Assembly (NCBI RefSeq): GCF_006345805.1
Contig: NC_043005.1
Span: 35,588,001-35,652,000 of the forward strand
Source of the DNA: Octopus sinensis
Lineage: Eukaryota
Length of the DNA: 64,000 nucleotides
Direction: 5' to 3'
A program made the position numbers and the translations under genes. Shown one piece after another: positions 40,420 to 55,234 of this stretch. Every line of letters starts with the position of its first letter. Within the stretch, counting starts at the first letter, position 1. The notes under the pieces are model-generated. The model had not been told where the DNA came from, did no database searches, and worked only from the letters and a program-made list of their open reading frames with translations.

Positions 40420-41153
40420 ATCCATCCATCCATCCATCCATCCATCCATCCATCCATCCATCCATCCATCCATCCATCCATCCATCCATCCATCCATCCA
40501 TCCATCCATCCATCCATCCATCCATCCATCCATCCATCCATCCATCCATCCATCCATCCATCCATCCATCCATGCATGCATGCATGCATGCATGCATGCT
40601 GCCCCCTCGTTATCGAGAATGGGCATTGCACGAAGCTTAACTGTTACTGGTGCTGTGATCGAATGTGACTTTTTAGCCCAGCTAAAGATCTACAATGTCT
40701 TGTACAAAATTGGCAACTAAAACCTTTTTTACATACATACATACATACCTACCTACCTACATACATAACTACATACATACATACATACATACGTACATAG
40801 ACACATACATACATGCATACATAAATGCATACATACATGCATACATACATGCATGCATACATACATACATGCATACATAAATGCATACATACATGCATAC
40901 ATACATGCATGCATACATACATACATGCATTCATGCATACATACATGCATACATACATACATGCATACATACATACATACATACATACATGCATGCATAC
41001 ATACATACATACATACATACATACATACTACATACATACATACATGCATGCATGCATGCATACATACATACATACATACATACATACATACATGCATACA
41101 TACATGCATGCATGCATGCATACATACATACATACATACATACATACATACAT
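40420..41153 (+). repeat. Tetranucleotide arrays: (CATC)n 40420-40572, then a (CATA/CATG) mosaic 40731-41153
   Basis: Directly visible. Confidence 0.95.
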
Positions 41154-42227
41154 GGCGAGGTTCCATCTTGAAAATTTTAGACGATAACTAAGAAAGATAC
41201 AAGCAGTTGACTCTAACCCAACATCACGTGATTAGAATATAAACCTAATTAACCACATATCCATTTAATTAAATTTTATAATATCTGTTTAAAGCAGTTT
41301 GGATTACTTACGTATTTCAACGCCCTACTTCATGGTCTATTAATAACCGTAACACAGATTTTATTATTTGCTAAATCTTTATAAAATTACATTTCTACTT
41401 AATTAATTTATCAAAGCACACCAAAGTCATTAGCCATAAGTTCCGCCGCTCTTTATGCCACGTTTAACCACGCCTTCCTGTCATACTTCAATTTTTAATT
41501 AAACTTTAAATGACTTTTAAATGCTGATTATTTCCTATACTCGTTTAGTTGGTACATGAACTGGTAAGCTTGATTTATCTACGTGGGTAGTCCACCCGGG
41601 CTGTCAGTGATACTTATTCATTCTGGCTTGCCTTATTATCCACTGCTACCTCAACTATCGCTGCTGCTGCCGCCGTCGCCAGCCACCACCGCCTGTACTA
41701 CCGCTACTACTATACCACCGCCATGACCGTCTCAAATACGACTACTACTACTACCACTACAAATTACATCACCATCACTACCACCATTACAACAACCGTC
41801 ATTGCTCCACCACCGCCACCACCACCACCACACTGAACACGTTCCAGTCACTTCAAAGGGCAAATTTGAAAGGTTAATGAATAATCAACATTAACCGGAG
41901 ATACTTGAACAAGGTGTGTCTAGTAGGGAGTAAGGAGAGAGAGGGAGCAATGAGAGAGAGAGAAGAAGAGAGAGGGGTAGCGAGAGAGGGAAGGAGAGAG
42001 TTGGGGAGAGAGGAAGATGGGGAGGAAGTTAAGTTGAAAGGGAAGGGACGGTCTCCCTCCTCTTTCTCGCTCCTTTCTCCCTCTCTCCCTCTCCATGAAA
42101 TATAAGGTCCTTTGGTTTTTATCTCTGCGATGCCACCTCCACACGCCACTGATGAAGCTTCCAATTCCTTCTTCAAATAACATTTGTTTTCGCCTTCCCT
42201 TCTTTTTTCCTTTCTTCTCCCTCCACT

Positions 42228-42720
<493 letters not shown>

Positions 42721-43269
42721 TCAATTCCAGAACTATTGTAGCATGTTGCCAAATTCCCAGAGGCAGAGTTGTTCTAAGTTAATTACACCAACACCATGAC
42801 CCTGACTAGATTAACGTTAAGATGAGGGAAGATGAAAGATTAAAGGTTTCACAATAATTTTCCATCTCTTTTCTTTACACTTTTTTTTTTCTGCGCTGCT
42901 TCTTTTTCGAAAGAAAAATTGTTACTTTTTAAATGAAATTTATTAATAACTATGATAAGGGAAGATTAAATTTTTTTTTTTAAATGTAAGAAATTAGCTG
43001 GAAACTGAAACTTAAGGTTAAGAGAGGGACAGGAGAATGGAATGATAAGGCCTTGATGCTTTGCTTAAGAGTATTAACTGAGGCAAACGAAATGAATTAT
43101 CTGAAACAGGATTAGCTGTTTGTCGCACGCGAGTAAGACCTGCTCGTGTGTACCACGCTTTCATCAATTCTTTTCGGTGCCTGAGTATAGCGAACAGACT
43201 TAGACACCTCCTTGGTCATGCTACTCTTAACTTACCGAAACATCGAGGATGTAACAGCTGGAAGGAGAG

Positions 43270-43405
43270 AGGGCGCCACCTACACGAGTAGAGTGGAGCA
43301 ACGTTGAATGAATTGCTTTGCTGAAAGACACAACATACTGTCCGGTCGAGGAATCGAATCTACGACCTTAGGATGATGAATCCAACGTCCTAATCTCTAG
43401 GCCAC
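43270..43405 (-). mobile_element. SINE family D head, diverged
   Basis: GTGGAGCAACG...TTGCTGAAAGACACAAC...GGAATCGAATCTACGACC...CCTAATCTCTAGGCCACC. Confidence 0.65.
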
Positions 43406-43649
43406 CTTTATAACCAACTGAATTACGGTGAGAAAATACCTCAGGATGCCTTTGTAAGTGAAATATATAAAGTGAAATCAGCATTGATTTATTTAATTAG
43501 TGAGCCAAGAGATGTTAATTAACAAATTTATTGATAAATTAATAAATCCATTTAATAAATTAACATTAAACTCTTAATGAGGAGTCAAAAATCATTAGTT
43601 TAATTATTAATTCTGATAAGAATAGATTGAGAACTTAATAAATTAATTC

Positions 43650-43780
43650 TGTTGTGTTTGGGGAGAGTCATTTTCTTTTTGTGCCTTATAATGTAACACA
43701 CTCACCGGTAAAATTTCCACTTATTTCCTTTTTCCTAAAATTTTCGTTGTGTCTTGCAACCTTTTCAATAGTCTTCACTC
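43650..43780 (-). mobile_element. pLTR-like repeat (same family as 63494-63765)
   Basis: CTGTTGTGT(T/C)TG...GAGTCATTTTCT...CACCGGTAAAATTTCCAC...TCTTGCAACCTTTTCA is shared. Confidence 0.8.
43735..43771 (-). ncRNA. Minimal type I hammerhead motif with a compensated U3:A8 core
   Basis: CTA-TTGAAAA-G-GTTGC-AAGAC-ACAAC-GAAA-AT-TT-TAG; GCAAC in both 63.6-kb arms gives a perfect 5-bp stem II; palindromic stem III AATT. Confidence 0.65.
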
Positions 43781-44370
43781 TGTCCGTTATTTACACTGCG
43801 TTCCTTTTGTTTGTGCGCATGTGTGTGGGCCAGTGTGTGTATGTGTGTGTGTGAGTGCGCCTATGCATGCATTCATGTACGTATGTATGTGTGAATGTAT
43901 GTATGCATGTGTGTATGTATATATGTGTGTGTATGCATATTTATATATGTATGTATGTGTATGCATCTGTATTTATGTATTCTGCATATTCACGTGGTTG
44001 CATGTCCGTGTTTGTGTATTTTCCATGTATGTGCGTGTGTGAGCGTGTGTTTGTATATGTATGCACCTCTGTCTCCTTGTGTGTGCATGTCTGTGTGTGT
44101 GTGTGTGTCTGTGTTTTGCAACTATGTACCATGTTTGTATGTATGGATGTGCATCTCTATATGTGTGGATCCGTGTCACGATATGCGTCCTTGTGTGGAG
44201 TAAAGTGTGTGTGTACATATGGTCATGTGTTTCGGTCTCCATTTGCGCATGTGTGCTTGTCTGTTCTTATAACCTATGCACCTATCCGTCTATATGTTGA
44301 TCTGTTTATTTTTATATCCACATGCTTACATACAAAAACAAAATACATATGCATTCACAGACACTTACAT

Positions 44371-44407
<37 letters not shown>

Positions 44408-46544
44408 CCAAATGTGAAAGGAATGGCCTGATTTTCGGCAGAGTGTTAATAACAAACAGTTTTCTTAAAAGATTGTTTTATTTAGAAATGAGAAACAATA
44501 TCTTACAATATATGTCTATGTGTTTACAGGACAAGGTTCGATCAATGATGGATTCGAAATTAATTTTTCATTTCACTGGAGTTTATGAAATCAATGAGAT
44601 ACACAAAGATTTATACATTGCATGATTGTCCAGTATGTCTGTGCGTATACAGACATAGATAAATTCATAGATGCATACACGCACGCGCGCACACACACAT
44701 ACATATGCACGCGCTCACACACACACACACATCGCGTAATCGTAAAAATCTGGGACAGTAGGTGATGATAAAGGAACATAGAGAACAACAGGAAAAATAA
44801 AAACGTACGCGCAACAGACGCAGACATGCTCAATCCCACATCAGTTATTGAGCAAACACCACAATTTCGACACCTGTATGTGTGTATGTGTGCGTTTGTG
44901 TGTGTGTGTGTGTATGTGCGCATGTGCTTGTGTGTGTGCATGCGCGCGCATGTATGTTGTATGTTAAAATAATTCTGTAATTTTAAAACAAGTTTAAGAA
45001 TAACAACGGGACATTTACGCATGGCGTGATTCTGTACTGAAAGTAGAGTGAAATTTATTGTCGAAGATCAAGTTGATTGCGTGGTGATATATTTATATAT
45101 ACATATATTATTATTGTTTATATTTCTGATATTCACATCTACAACGTTCTCAAGAAAATATTAGTTTCTGATGTCGGTACGGAGGTGGGTCAGAAGGCAT
45201 CATCGACACCACTATTTAATTAGTACTTCATTTTATCGGTCTCGAAAGCAGGAGAAGGAAGTTGACCTGGTGAAATCGAAACTCAGAATTTTCTAGAACC
45301 GAACGAAATACTGCATAACATTTCTTTCACCGCTCAAACGATTCTATCAGTTCGAAATAATACTGCGATTGTTACGAGTACATTAAATAAACGTTTTATA
45401 AGAATGCTTCAAAAAGGAAAATAGGGAAAAGGGGGCAAGAAAAGAAAGAAAAGAGAGAAAAGGAAACATAGATAAATAAATAAAAGACAGGTACAAACAA
45501 CAGCATAATATACAAACCGTTATTCACACATACACTAAACACATAGACACACACACATGCTCACTCACACACACATGCACACATACACACACACACATAC
45601 AGACGTAAACGCATACAGAGGTAGAGATACATACCACAGAAGGACGAACTAGAATAATCAGGACAAGAGGGGACACATGGGACAGAGAGTCACTGATGCG
45701 GTCACAGAATGTGTGTCGAAAGAACTTTGATAGACGTATAAACTAAAAATAATACAAGTAAAAACTAAAGTGAAGATCAAATGAATAGTGCGTGTGTTTA
45801 ATTGGCAAAAGATGACCGTCCCCAAGTATAACAAGATTCAACTATATTATTTTTAATCAAAGGTATAAATGTATTTTACTATCGAGATCCATTTTGAAAA
45901 TTGAGTGACACCTGACAACTCCACTTCTTTATGAAGTAAATCAACTTAAACAATGGAGTTCAAAGTAGATAAAACTATAAATAACTGCAAATGGAATAAA
46001 AGGTTAAAAAAAACTTTGGATGGAAAAGGGTTGAGCTTATGTCTTCAGTAAACATCATAGATATTTTAACTATTGTGCCAAAGCGACTTTTTGGGAATTT
46101 TCTCCATCTTTTTCAAAGGCTTTGCTCTTTGCCAGCGAGAATTGTAAGCTGTTCACATAAGAAGAATTTATGAACTTCAACAAACTGAAAATAAAGTAGG
46201 TCTAACTGTGAAAAATAGCGTGTAAAAATAGCGAATAGAATAGCTGATAAAAAAGAATCCCTTTGGATAGAAAAAAAAGTCGAAGGTTATCAAAAATTAA
46301 AAATTTGATAATTTAAAAAAATTACTATTTGATATTTGAAGAGATATTCTTCCCTTTTTGTTCACCGTAAATGCTGTGCTGTGATCCTTATGCCCCGTAC
46401 AGCTTATTGTATAACGTAGTCATGAACAATTTATATTCTATCAAGTATTTCAAAGGTAATATATTTGATCTTCTCGCTTCTTTCACAAATATATTGTGCC
46501 CTAATATGGACGCTGACCCCTATATATTGGTTTCAAATTGTGGC

Positions 46545-46732
46545 ACAACAATTTTGGGGGAGGGCTAAGTCGGGTATATCAACTCCAGTATTGAGCTACT
46601 ACTTATTTAATCGATGAAAGGATGAAAGACAAAGTCGATCTTTGGCAGAATTTGAACTCAAAACGTGAAGATGGACGAAATACCGCTAAACATTTCGCCA
46701 ACGAGCTAACGATTCTGTCAACTCGCCGCCTT
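46545..46732 (-). mobile_element. SINE family A, old form
   Basis: AAAGGATGAAAGACAAAGTCGA...GAATTTGAACTC...CAACTCGCCGCCTT. Confidence 0.8.
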
Positions 46733-47884
46733 ATTTGACACCTATATATTAAAAACCGCTAGTTTAGAGTTTTATTTCACAAGCAGTTGATAAATTACTG
46801 CCATCTTGGATAGCTCGGTTCATATCTAGGCTGCATATGTCATAAGTCATTATTCCTGTCTTCTCACGGTGGTTACAAAAATATAACATGTTTATCCAGC
46901 GGTGCCCGGCAGGAGACAACATGACTAATTACATATATTTACAGATCCAAGCCCCTTCGTTGACAGGACAGATTTCATAAAGTTTTCTACTTAGCGGGTT
47001 CTTGAAAGTATTCCGTACAAGATAAGATAGTAATTCCTCGTCTGGACTTATATTTTCCGACTTGAGTTTTCACGATACCTACCGAAAATAAAATAAAGTA
47101 AAATAAATAAAAAAAATTGAATTTAAAAATCAACAATAGATTACAACGAAGGCGATACCAGCAACAGAGGAATTGTGTTGATAAGACAAACCAATGGGAG
47201 AACAGCCTTTATTTAGTTGTTTGAATTACTTGGCATAAGAGCTAAAACTCCCTTCAAAATCACAACCTACTGTTTAATAAAAGAAAGGATATTTTGAACA
47301 GTTTCCCTTGTATAAATTCACGCAAAAAGAGAGTGTTCAGTCTGTTCAGTCATAGCTGAAGCTGAACTTATAATAAACAAGAACCGCGACTACATTCATA
47401 TCATACTTTATATTTATAGTTTTATATTTATTATTTATAGTTTTAAGGTGGTGCTAACTCATCAGATCACCAAATTTCTTTACTTTCAATGATTTGTATT
47501 GATCAGCAGCTTTTTTTATTTGCATTGATCTGTATTTTATATTGCGTAACGCGCATATTACTGCAGACATGTAAATATAATTTATTATACATGGAGAAGG
47601 CTATGAAACGGCCGTAACCCTAAAGATGTAGGGTGGTTAGATAAATATATTCACCTCTTATACCTCCTGACGTTTTACGGTTTATGTATTCCACATGAAA
47701 TAACTTCATCGATCCGATCTTCTTGATTCTAACTGCATAGAACTCTGCATTATACTCCTCCGTATTGTATTACTATGTGGTCTGTTAGCCAAGTCTACTG
47801 GAGGAGCTTTCTGTGTTTCTGTGATAGCCACACGATTCTATGAATTTATATAGTCCATTACAAATTTATATAAATATATGTATA

Positions 47885-48275
47885 GGCGCAGGAGTAGCTG
47901 TGTGGTAAGAAGCTTGCTTTCCAACAACATGGTTCCGGGCTCGGTCCCACTGCGTGGCACCTTGGGAAAGTGTTTTCTACTATAGCTTCGAGCCGACCAA
48001 AGCCTTGTGAGTGGATATGATAGATGGAAACTGAAAGAAGCCCGTCGCATATATACATGTGTGTATTTGTGTGTCTGTATTTGTACCCCCACCATCGCTT
48101 AACAACCGATGTTGGTGTGTTTACGTCCCCGTCACTTAGCGGTTCGGCAAAAGAGACCGATAGAATAAGTACTGGGCTTACAAAGAATAAGTCCTGAGGT
48201 CGATCTGTTCGACTAAAGGCGGCGCTCCAGCATGGCCGCAGTCAAAATGAGTGAAACAAGTGAAAGAATAAAGGA
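47885..48275 (+). mobile_element. SINE family B, full length
   Basis: GGCGCAGGAGTAGCTGTGTGGTAAG...GGCGGCGCTCCAGCATGGCCGCAGTC. Confidence 0.93.
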
Positions 48276-48374
48276 ATGTATATATAAATTTGTAGCATAA
48301 TATATGGATTCATAGAATAATGTTGCTATGTATATGGGTGCGCGCATGTGCATGTATATGCGTGCGTCTTTGTG

Positions 48375-48575
48375 CCTGTCTACCACAACCGCTTGACAAC
48401 TGGAGCTGGTTTATTTACGTCCATTTGGTTTGGCGGTTTCGGCTAAAGTGATCGATGAATTATGTAGCAAGCTTTTATAAGATAAGTACTGAGGTTGGGT
48501 TGTTTTACTAAAACCATTCAAGGCGATGCCACAGTATGGCTGCAACCCGAAGACTGAAACAAGTAAAAGAGTAAA
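48375..48575 (+). mobile_element. SINE family B 3' half, diverged
   Basis: ACCGCTTGACAAC...AAGGCGATGCCACAGTATGGCTGC...GACTGAAACAAGTAAAAGAG. Confidence 0.7.
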
Positions 48576-48757
48576 CGAATTATCATAATTATCTGCGAGT
48601 GTATTTAATTGATATTTATCTCTCACTCGATGGAATAATGGAATACTCCTTTTGATGAATCTACCAATATTGCTTCTATAGACTATATATACATACATAC
48701 ATTGATATATACATACATACATGCATGCATGCATACATATATATATATATGTATATT

Positions 48758-48787
<30 letters not shown>

Positions 48788-48788
<1 letters not shown>

Positions 48789-48997
48789 CTTTTATTTGTT
48801 TCAGTCATTTTACTGCGGCCATGCCGGAACATCACTTTTGTCGAACAAATCGACCCCAGGACTTATTTTTTTGTAAGTGTAATACTTATTCTATCAGTCT
48901 CTTTGCCGAATCGCTAAGTTACGGGGACGTAAACACACCAATATCGGTTGTCAAGAGATGGTGGGGGACAAACACAGATACACACACAAATACATAC

Positions 48998-49051
<54 letters not shown>

Positions 49052-49258
49052 TATATATATATACATATATACATATTTACATATATATATATATACGATG
49101 GGCTTCTTTCAACTTCCGTCTACCAAATCCACTCACAAGGCTTTGGTCGGGGCGAGGCTATTGTAAAAGACACTTGCCCAAGGTGCTACACAGTGGGACT
49201 GAACCCGGAACCATGTGATTGAGAAGTAAGCTTCTTACCACACAGCCACGCCTGCACC
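48788..49258 (-). mobile_element. SINE family B, full length
   Basis: Reverse-complement match to family B, with an expanded internal (TA)n. Confidence 0.92.
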
Positions 49259-49336
49259 TGCATGCATGTATGTATGTATGTATGTATGTATGTATGTATG
49301 TATGTATGTATGTATGCATGTATGTATGTATGTATG

Positions 49337-49382
<46 letters not shown>

Positions 49383-49609
49383 AATGTATATATATATATA
49401 TGTATGTATGTATGTAAATGGATATGTGTGTGTATATGTATGTATTATGTATGGATGTATGTATGTATGTATGTAGACGCTATTACATGGATAAACAAAT
49501 TAGATATATTCAATATAATAAAGTATAAAATACAAAATTAAGTATATATGTAAACATGCAAAACGAGAGAACGCAAAAAGTGGAGACTTTCAAACGATGA
49601 ATATCTCTC

Positions 49610-49860
49610 TCTATATAAACGGCAGTTTGTCTGTGTGTGTTTCTGTGTGTCTGTTTGGTTGTACCCTCACTCTGATCACGGCTTTCAACCGATTCTGATG
49701 AAACTTGACACACACATAGCCCAATGTCATAATTCAAAACTAACGCAGCGAAAATTTTGAAAAGTTCCCCCAGTTCTGAAAAAAATTGATAAATTCGACA
49801 TGGGGTCGAGAATCAGAAACACAAACCACAGACTGTCTAGGGGACGCAACTCGGCCTTTT
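49610..49860 (+). mobile_element. Probable non-autonomous Helitron 5' fragment
   Basis: TCTATATAAACGGCAGTTTGTCTGTGTG...TTTCAACCGATTCTGATGAAACTTG resembles TC-starting Helitron-N 5' ends; 3' CTRR end not identified. Confidence 0.45.
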
Positions 49861-50384
49861 TAACTCTGACCTACCAATCCACTTCAGGCGTTCTCAGTTT
49901 CCTGTTAAACTCTGCTTCGCAATGTTCATCAATAAATCCCAAGGCCAAACGCTACAAGTCGCTGGGTTACAGAGTACAAACAGCAGAGAAAATTTAATGG
50001 GAGAAAGAAGGATGTTATAAGTCCAACAGCTGTTTCTGGGGGCTCGGAGCTCCATCATAATGTTTGTAGATGTAGTCCATCACAATATGCGGCCGATAAG
50101 GTGTTATTTATCATTTGAAAGCATCCACTTTCTGCTTGCTCTCGTTTTGCATGTATATAACATATATACATAATTTGTATTTCATACCGTAACTGTTATA
50201 TCTAATATATCTAATTTATTTATCCGCATTATAGCCTCCATGTCTGCTCATTTTGATCCCTCTGATAACCATTCTTTACCTTGTGGAATTGATCCCCTGC
50301 AGAGACACCAAAGTCTAAGTGTCTTCTATACTGAGAATCTCTGGATCTCATCTGTTGACTATATATGTATATATGTAAATATTT

Positions 50385-50926
<542 letters not shown>

Positions 50927-51171
50927 ATTATATTCAAAAAACTACTTTACACTAAACTGAAGGACTACTGAATACTTTTTTTTAGTAGTTTACCTGTTTA
51001 TGAAACTTTTACAAAGCAATGGTTGACAGTGACTTCGGAGTTTCAGCTTCCTCACCTTTCGCAATAGGAATCAGTATTTCATGCAACACAAGTGTAAACT
51101 GCCAAGGTTTTTTTTTTAGAGAACATTGCACACTGTTAGTCCAAATACTCCCTTCCTTTCTCTCGCTTTCT

Positions 51172-51211
<40 letters not shown>

Positions 51212-51343
51212 ATTCTCTCTCCTCATATTTGTGTATCTCTCTCCCTTGTATGTCTTTTGCCTATCTCTCTTAAGTGTTCGTTTGACGCAGCGTTTTATAT
51301 CAATTACAGTTTTATAGAATAATATTTAAAAAATGACATTTTT

Positions 51344-51360
51344 CACCACCACCATCAACA

Positions 51361-51419
<59 letters not shown>

Positions 51420-51432
51420 CACCACCACCACC

Positions 51433-51487
<55 letters not shown>

Positions 51488-51510
51488 AGTTGTAGTAGTA
51501 GTATTAGTAG
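51344..51510 (+). repeat. (CAC)/(TAC) compound microsatellite
   Basis: Directly visible. Confidence 0.95.
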
Positions 51511-51675
51511 TTACATAATGAAGACGGCGGGTGATTCGAAAATATATTTATATTACAAAGTCTCTTTTCTTTAATTCCTTGTGTTTTTTAAATGTTTTTA
51601 TTGATTGTCTTTCATATTCTCATACCAACGAGATAGTTTTCATTCGGCATTAAAACATATACATACATACATATT

Positions 51676-51717
<42 letters not shown>

Positions 51718-52239
51718 ATATGATAGATATAATATAATGTGTGTGCACGTGTGTGTGTATATGTACTCTAAAGTACTATAATGCTCTCTCTTCCCTTCCT
51801 TCCTATAATAACAAACACAGGTGCAGTGTTGCCAGAATGAAGATTTTCTATGTATATGCAACACACACACATACACACACACTATGGAGTCATAATTATT
51901 ATTTCAAGTATAAATATATGTATGTATTTATGTATGTATGTATGTATGTATGTGTGTATGTGTGTATGTGTGTATGTATGTATATACAAACACACACACA
52001 CACACACATGCATATATATGCACACACATAAATATTTATAAAGTATGCGTGTTTATATATGCATATATATAATGTCCTTGCATATACATACGCACATGCA
52101 CACAAACATACATATACATACATCTCTGTCTCTGTCTGTCTGTCTATCTGTCTGTGTCTGTCTCTCTCCCTATATATATATACACACATACACACTAACA
52201 TATATATATACATAATGTATATACATATATACATATATG

Positions 52240-52285
<46 letters not shown>

Positions 52286-52300
52286 CATAATGTATATACA

Positions 52301-52391
<91 letters not shown>

Positions 52392-52999
52392 TATGCACAC
52401 GCACTCATACACACATATCTAGTACTTGATGGCATCCAACTGATATTGAATGTAATTAACCGAAAGTACTCAATACGGTAACTGTGGAATAATATTTATT
52501 TAAAACTGAATCTGAGTTTAGCTGTAACTCAGAGTTTCTACACTGAATTCAGCTGGCGATTCACTTACACATGCGCACACTCACGTACACGCACGCACGC
52601 ACGCACACATGCACGCACACATAAAGACATACATACACACATGTAAATAACACGAGTATCCCCCCCTCTCACTTTGCTCATGGGAGTTGTTGGTGGTGTT
52701 GTTGTTCCAGATGATGTTGATGATGATGATGCTGATGATGATGATGATGATGATGAAGATGAAGAATGCTGACGACAACGATGACGACGTTGATAACGCT
52801 CTAATGATTCTGCCAGCTCACTGCTTGTAATAGTTTTTAACAGAATAATAATCATTACGAACTGGACATTTTTTTCCTTATTATTGATAATTGTTTTAAA
52901 TCGATTTTGCAAGTATTGATTAAGAGAATGTAGTAAATAGATAATAAATAATAATTGACCATTTGGAAAGATCAAACTTATATTCAGCGGCAGCAGATA

Positions 53000-53119
53000 T
53001 TGAGATTTCTTGGCTGTCAGTACGAAAGCCATTCGAACTGGAAACTGCAATTGCGTAAGGGTAAATATTAGAGAGATGCCAGAAAGTCTCAGTTAAATTC
53101 TTGGCATAACTTGTCTTCC
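53000..53119 (-). pseudogene. Helitron PIF1-type helicase C-terminal relic
   Basis: GRQVMPRI*LRLSGISLIFTLTQLQFPVRMAFVLTAKKSQ matches the Helitron/PIF1 motif PRI...F...QFPVRLAFAMTINKSQG. Confidence 0.7.
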
Positions 53120-53463
53120 ATAATAAATAAACCTCTTCTGCAAACAAAGTTGTTACGACTCAGGCGTCCATGAAACTGGTTTGTTTTGAATACTCTGCCG
53201 TCAACTAAAAAAGAAAACGACGTGTTGCATCACGTAATCTTAGATAGTACGGCCCGAATATAAAAGGAATGGTCACAGCTGGAGTGACTGAGATTATAGG
53301 CTATTCAGAGCAAACCTGGGTAATTAACAACAATGACGATGACGACAACAACAGCAACAACAAGTTTAGTATTGTAATAACCTATGATACTATATCGCCG
53401 CTTTAATCTTACCTTCTTACATATGGTATATCAGCAAATGGTTTTTACACTCACTATTTGTAT

Positions 53464-53713
53464 ATAGCAGCCATGATCTGACTCTAAAACCACCTTAATT
53501 GTCCATATATCAACACGGATAGAAAACAAAGAGACAAGATGAAACTAGTAAAAAATACTGGACGAGGCAAAGCATTACTAAATGCAAATCCAGACATCCG
53601 GGATCTAGAATTATCCAGTAATTTTTTACTAGTTTCATCTTGTCTCTTTGTTTTCTCTCCGTGTTGATATATGTATAATTAAGGTGGTTTTAGAGTCAGA
53701 CCATGGCTGCTAT
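53464..53713. repeat. Foldback: arms of about 100 bp (53464-53562 / 53614-53713), 51-bp spacer
   Basis: ATAGCAGCCATG...AAATACTGGA pairs with TCCAGTAATTT...CATGGCTGCTAT. Confidence 0.92.
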
Positions 53714-53936
53714 TTTCAGCATGGTGGTGTCTCGTAGATACCCTAATTTATAATTTTATATATATATAATTAGAAATATTGCATTTCTAAATCTCCCAGA
53801 GAGAATTATACAGCAAAAGAAAGAATGCTACTGCTTTAATGTCTTTATTATTCTTTGTATATCGACCTGCTTAACTTACATTAATTATATATATATATTA
53901 AGAACTTAACTTAGAAATGGATGCGTGCGTTCCGTC

Positions 53937-54482
53937 ATATAATAACAAATTAATAAATAAAACATATGCATATATACATGCATATATGTACGTACCTACA
54001 TCTACATGTATATATACATGCATATATGGGTACAGGACATTGTTTGTGTTACTGTTATTCTCCTTGCCCTGTCTTTTACTGTTTATAATTTGTACTGTCT
54101 TTACTGTCCTGTTTTTGTTACCATTTTTACCCCTCCGCAAAAAACTCTCAAATTTTATTTAATTTGCTTTTTGCGGGAAGGAATGTTTCACCGAAGTCGT
54201 GCCTCGCCTTGACCTTCGAAACGCGGAGTAGATGAAACAGAGGTGACTGAAGAAGGGGAATTTTCCTTTTGTTATATGTCCTGCACTCTATTTTTTCGTT
54301 GTTTAAGAAAAATATCCATTTCCTTGGTTTTGTGTTTATGTTTTCGTTTCTCATTGTGTTCGACGTTTGTTTGGTGTCCTGTACCCAAATATGCATGTAT
54401 ATATACATGTAGATGTAGGTACGTATATATATATATGTATGTATATATGCATATGTTTTATTTATTAATTTGCTATTATATA
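53937..54482. repeat. Foldback: arms of about 105 bp (53937-54039 / 54375-54482) around a spacer of about 335 bp
   Basis: ATATAATAACAAATTAATAAATAAAACATATGC...GGGTACAGGACA pairs with TGTCCTGTACCC...TTTATTAATTTGCTATTATAT. Confidence 0.9.
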
Positions 54483-54864
54483 TATCAGTTTGACTCATCT
54501 TCTCATGATTTAAAGTTCACGGATGTGTCCTATGTTCCCACAAAACTTTAAGTCATGTGGATCTGGGTCTAACTGTTACTAAATATTTGTAACGCCAACT
54601 AAACGTGTTGAGTGCTATTTTCTTTCGTCTGTTCGCTCAGTACAGTATTATATATTTGAACAGAAATGAATAGAAATGGCTTTACTGATAGATTATCCCC
54701 CTCTAATAATTAGATGTTTATGAATCACTAGGTGTTTACAAAACGTTAATTCCTTCATGTATATAGCTGTTACATTTTACCATTTTACCAGTTTCTTATG
54801 AAAGTTTGTTACTTAAAGACAAAATGTGATTTCAACTTCAAATCACTGTTGAGCTAAACTGGGT

Positions 54865-55055
54865 TCAAATTTTAGCACAAAGCCAGCAATTTCGGAGTTG
54901 GGGTTAGTCGATTACATCGACCCAAGTGCTCAACTGGTACCTATTTTATCGACTCCGAAAGGATGAAAGGTAAAGTCTACGTTGGCGGATTTGAACTCAG
55001 AACGTAAAAATGGATGAAATGCCGCTTACCTGGCGTGCTAACAATTCTACCAGCT
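54865..55055 (-). mobile_element. SINE family A, old form
   Basis: AGTCGATTACATCGACCC...GAAAGGATGAAAGG...GGCGTGCTAACAATTCTACCAGC. Confidence 0.8.
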
Positions 55056-55234
55056 TGAGACGAATCTTTGTTTCTTCGTTTCGGAAAGGAAGCATACAAA
55101 AATTTAAAAAAAGATACGAAAGAAAAAAACATCTGGAACTGTATATTAAATAAAAAGAAAACAAGCATATCGGAGAGCCTTGTAAAATGAAAACTTAACC
55201 AGCGATTATGAACAGTGGAGGAGCAGAAGAGGAA

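Noticed and set aside
54213-54258. Permuted (type II) hammerhead: CCTTC-GAAACGCG...CTGAAGAAGGGG
   Set aside because: U16.1 is missing and stem I does not form in register
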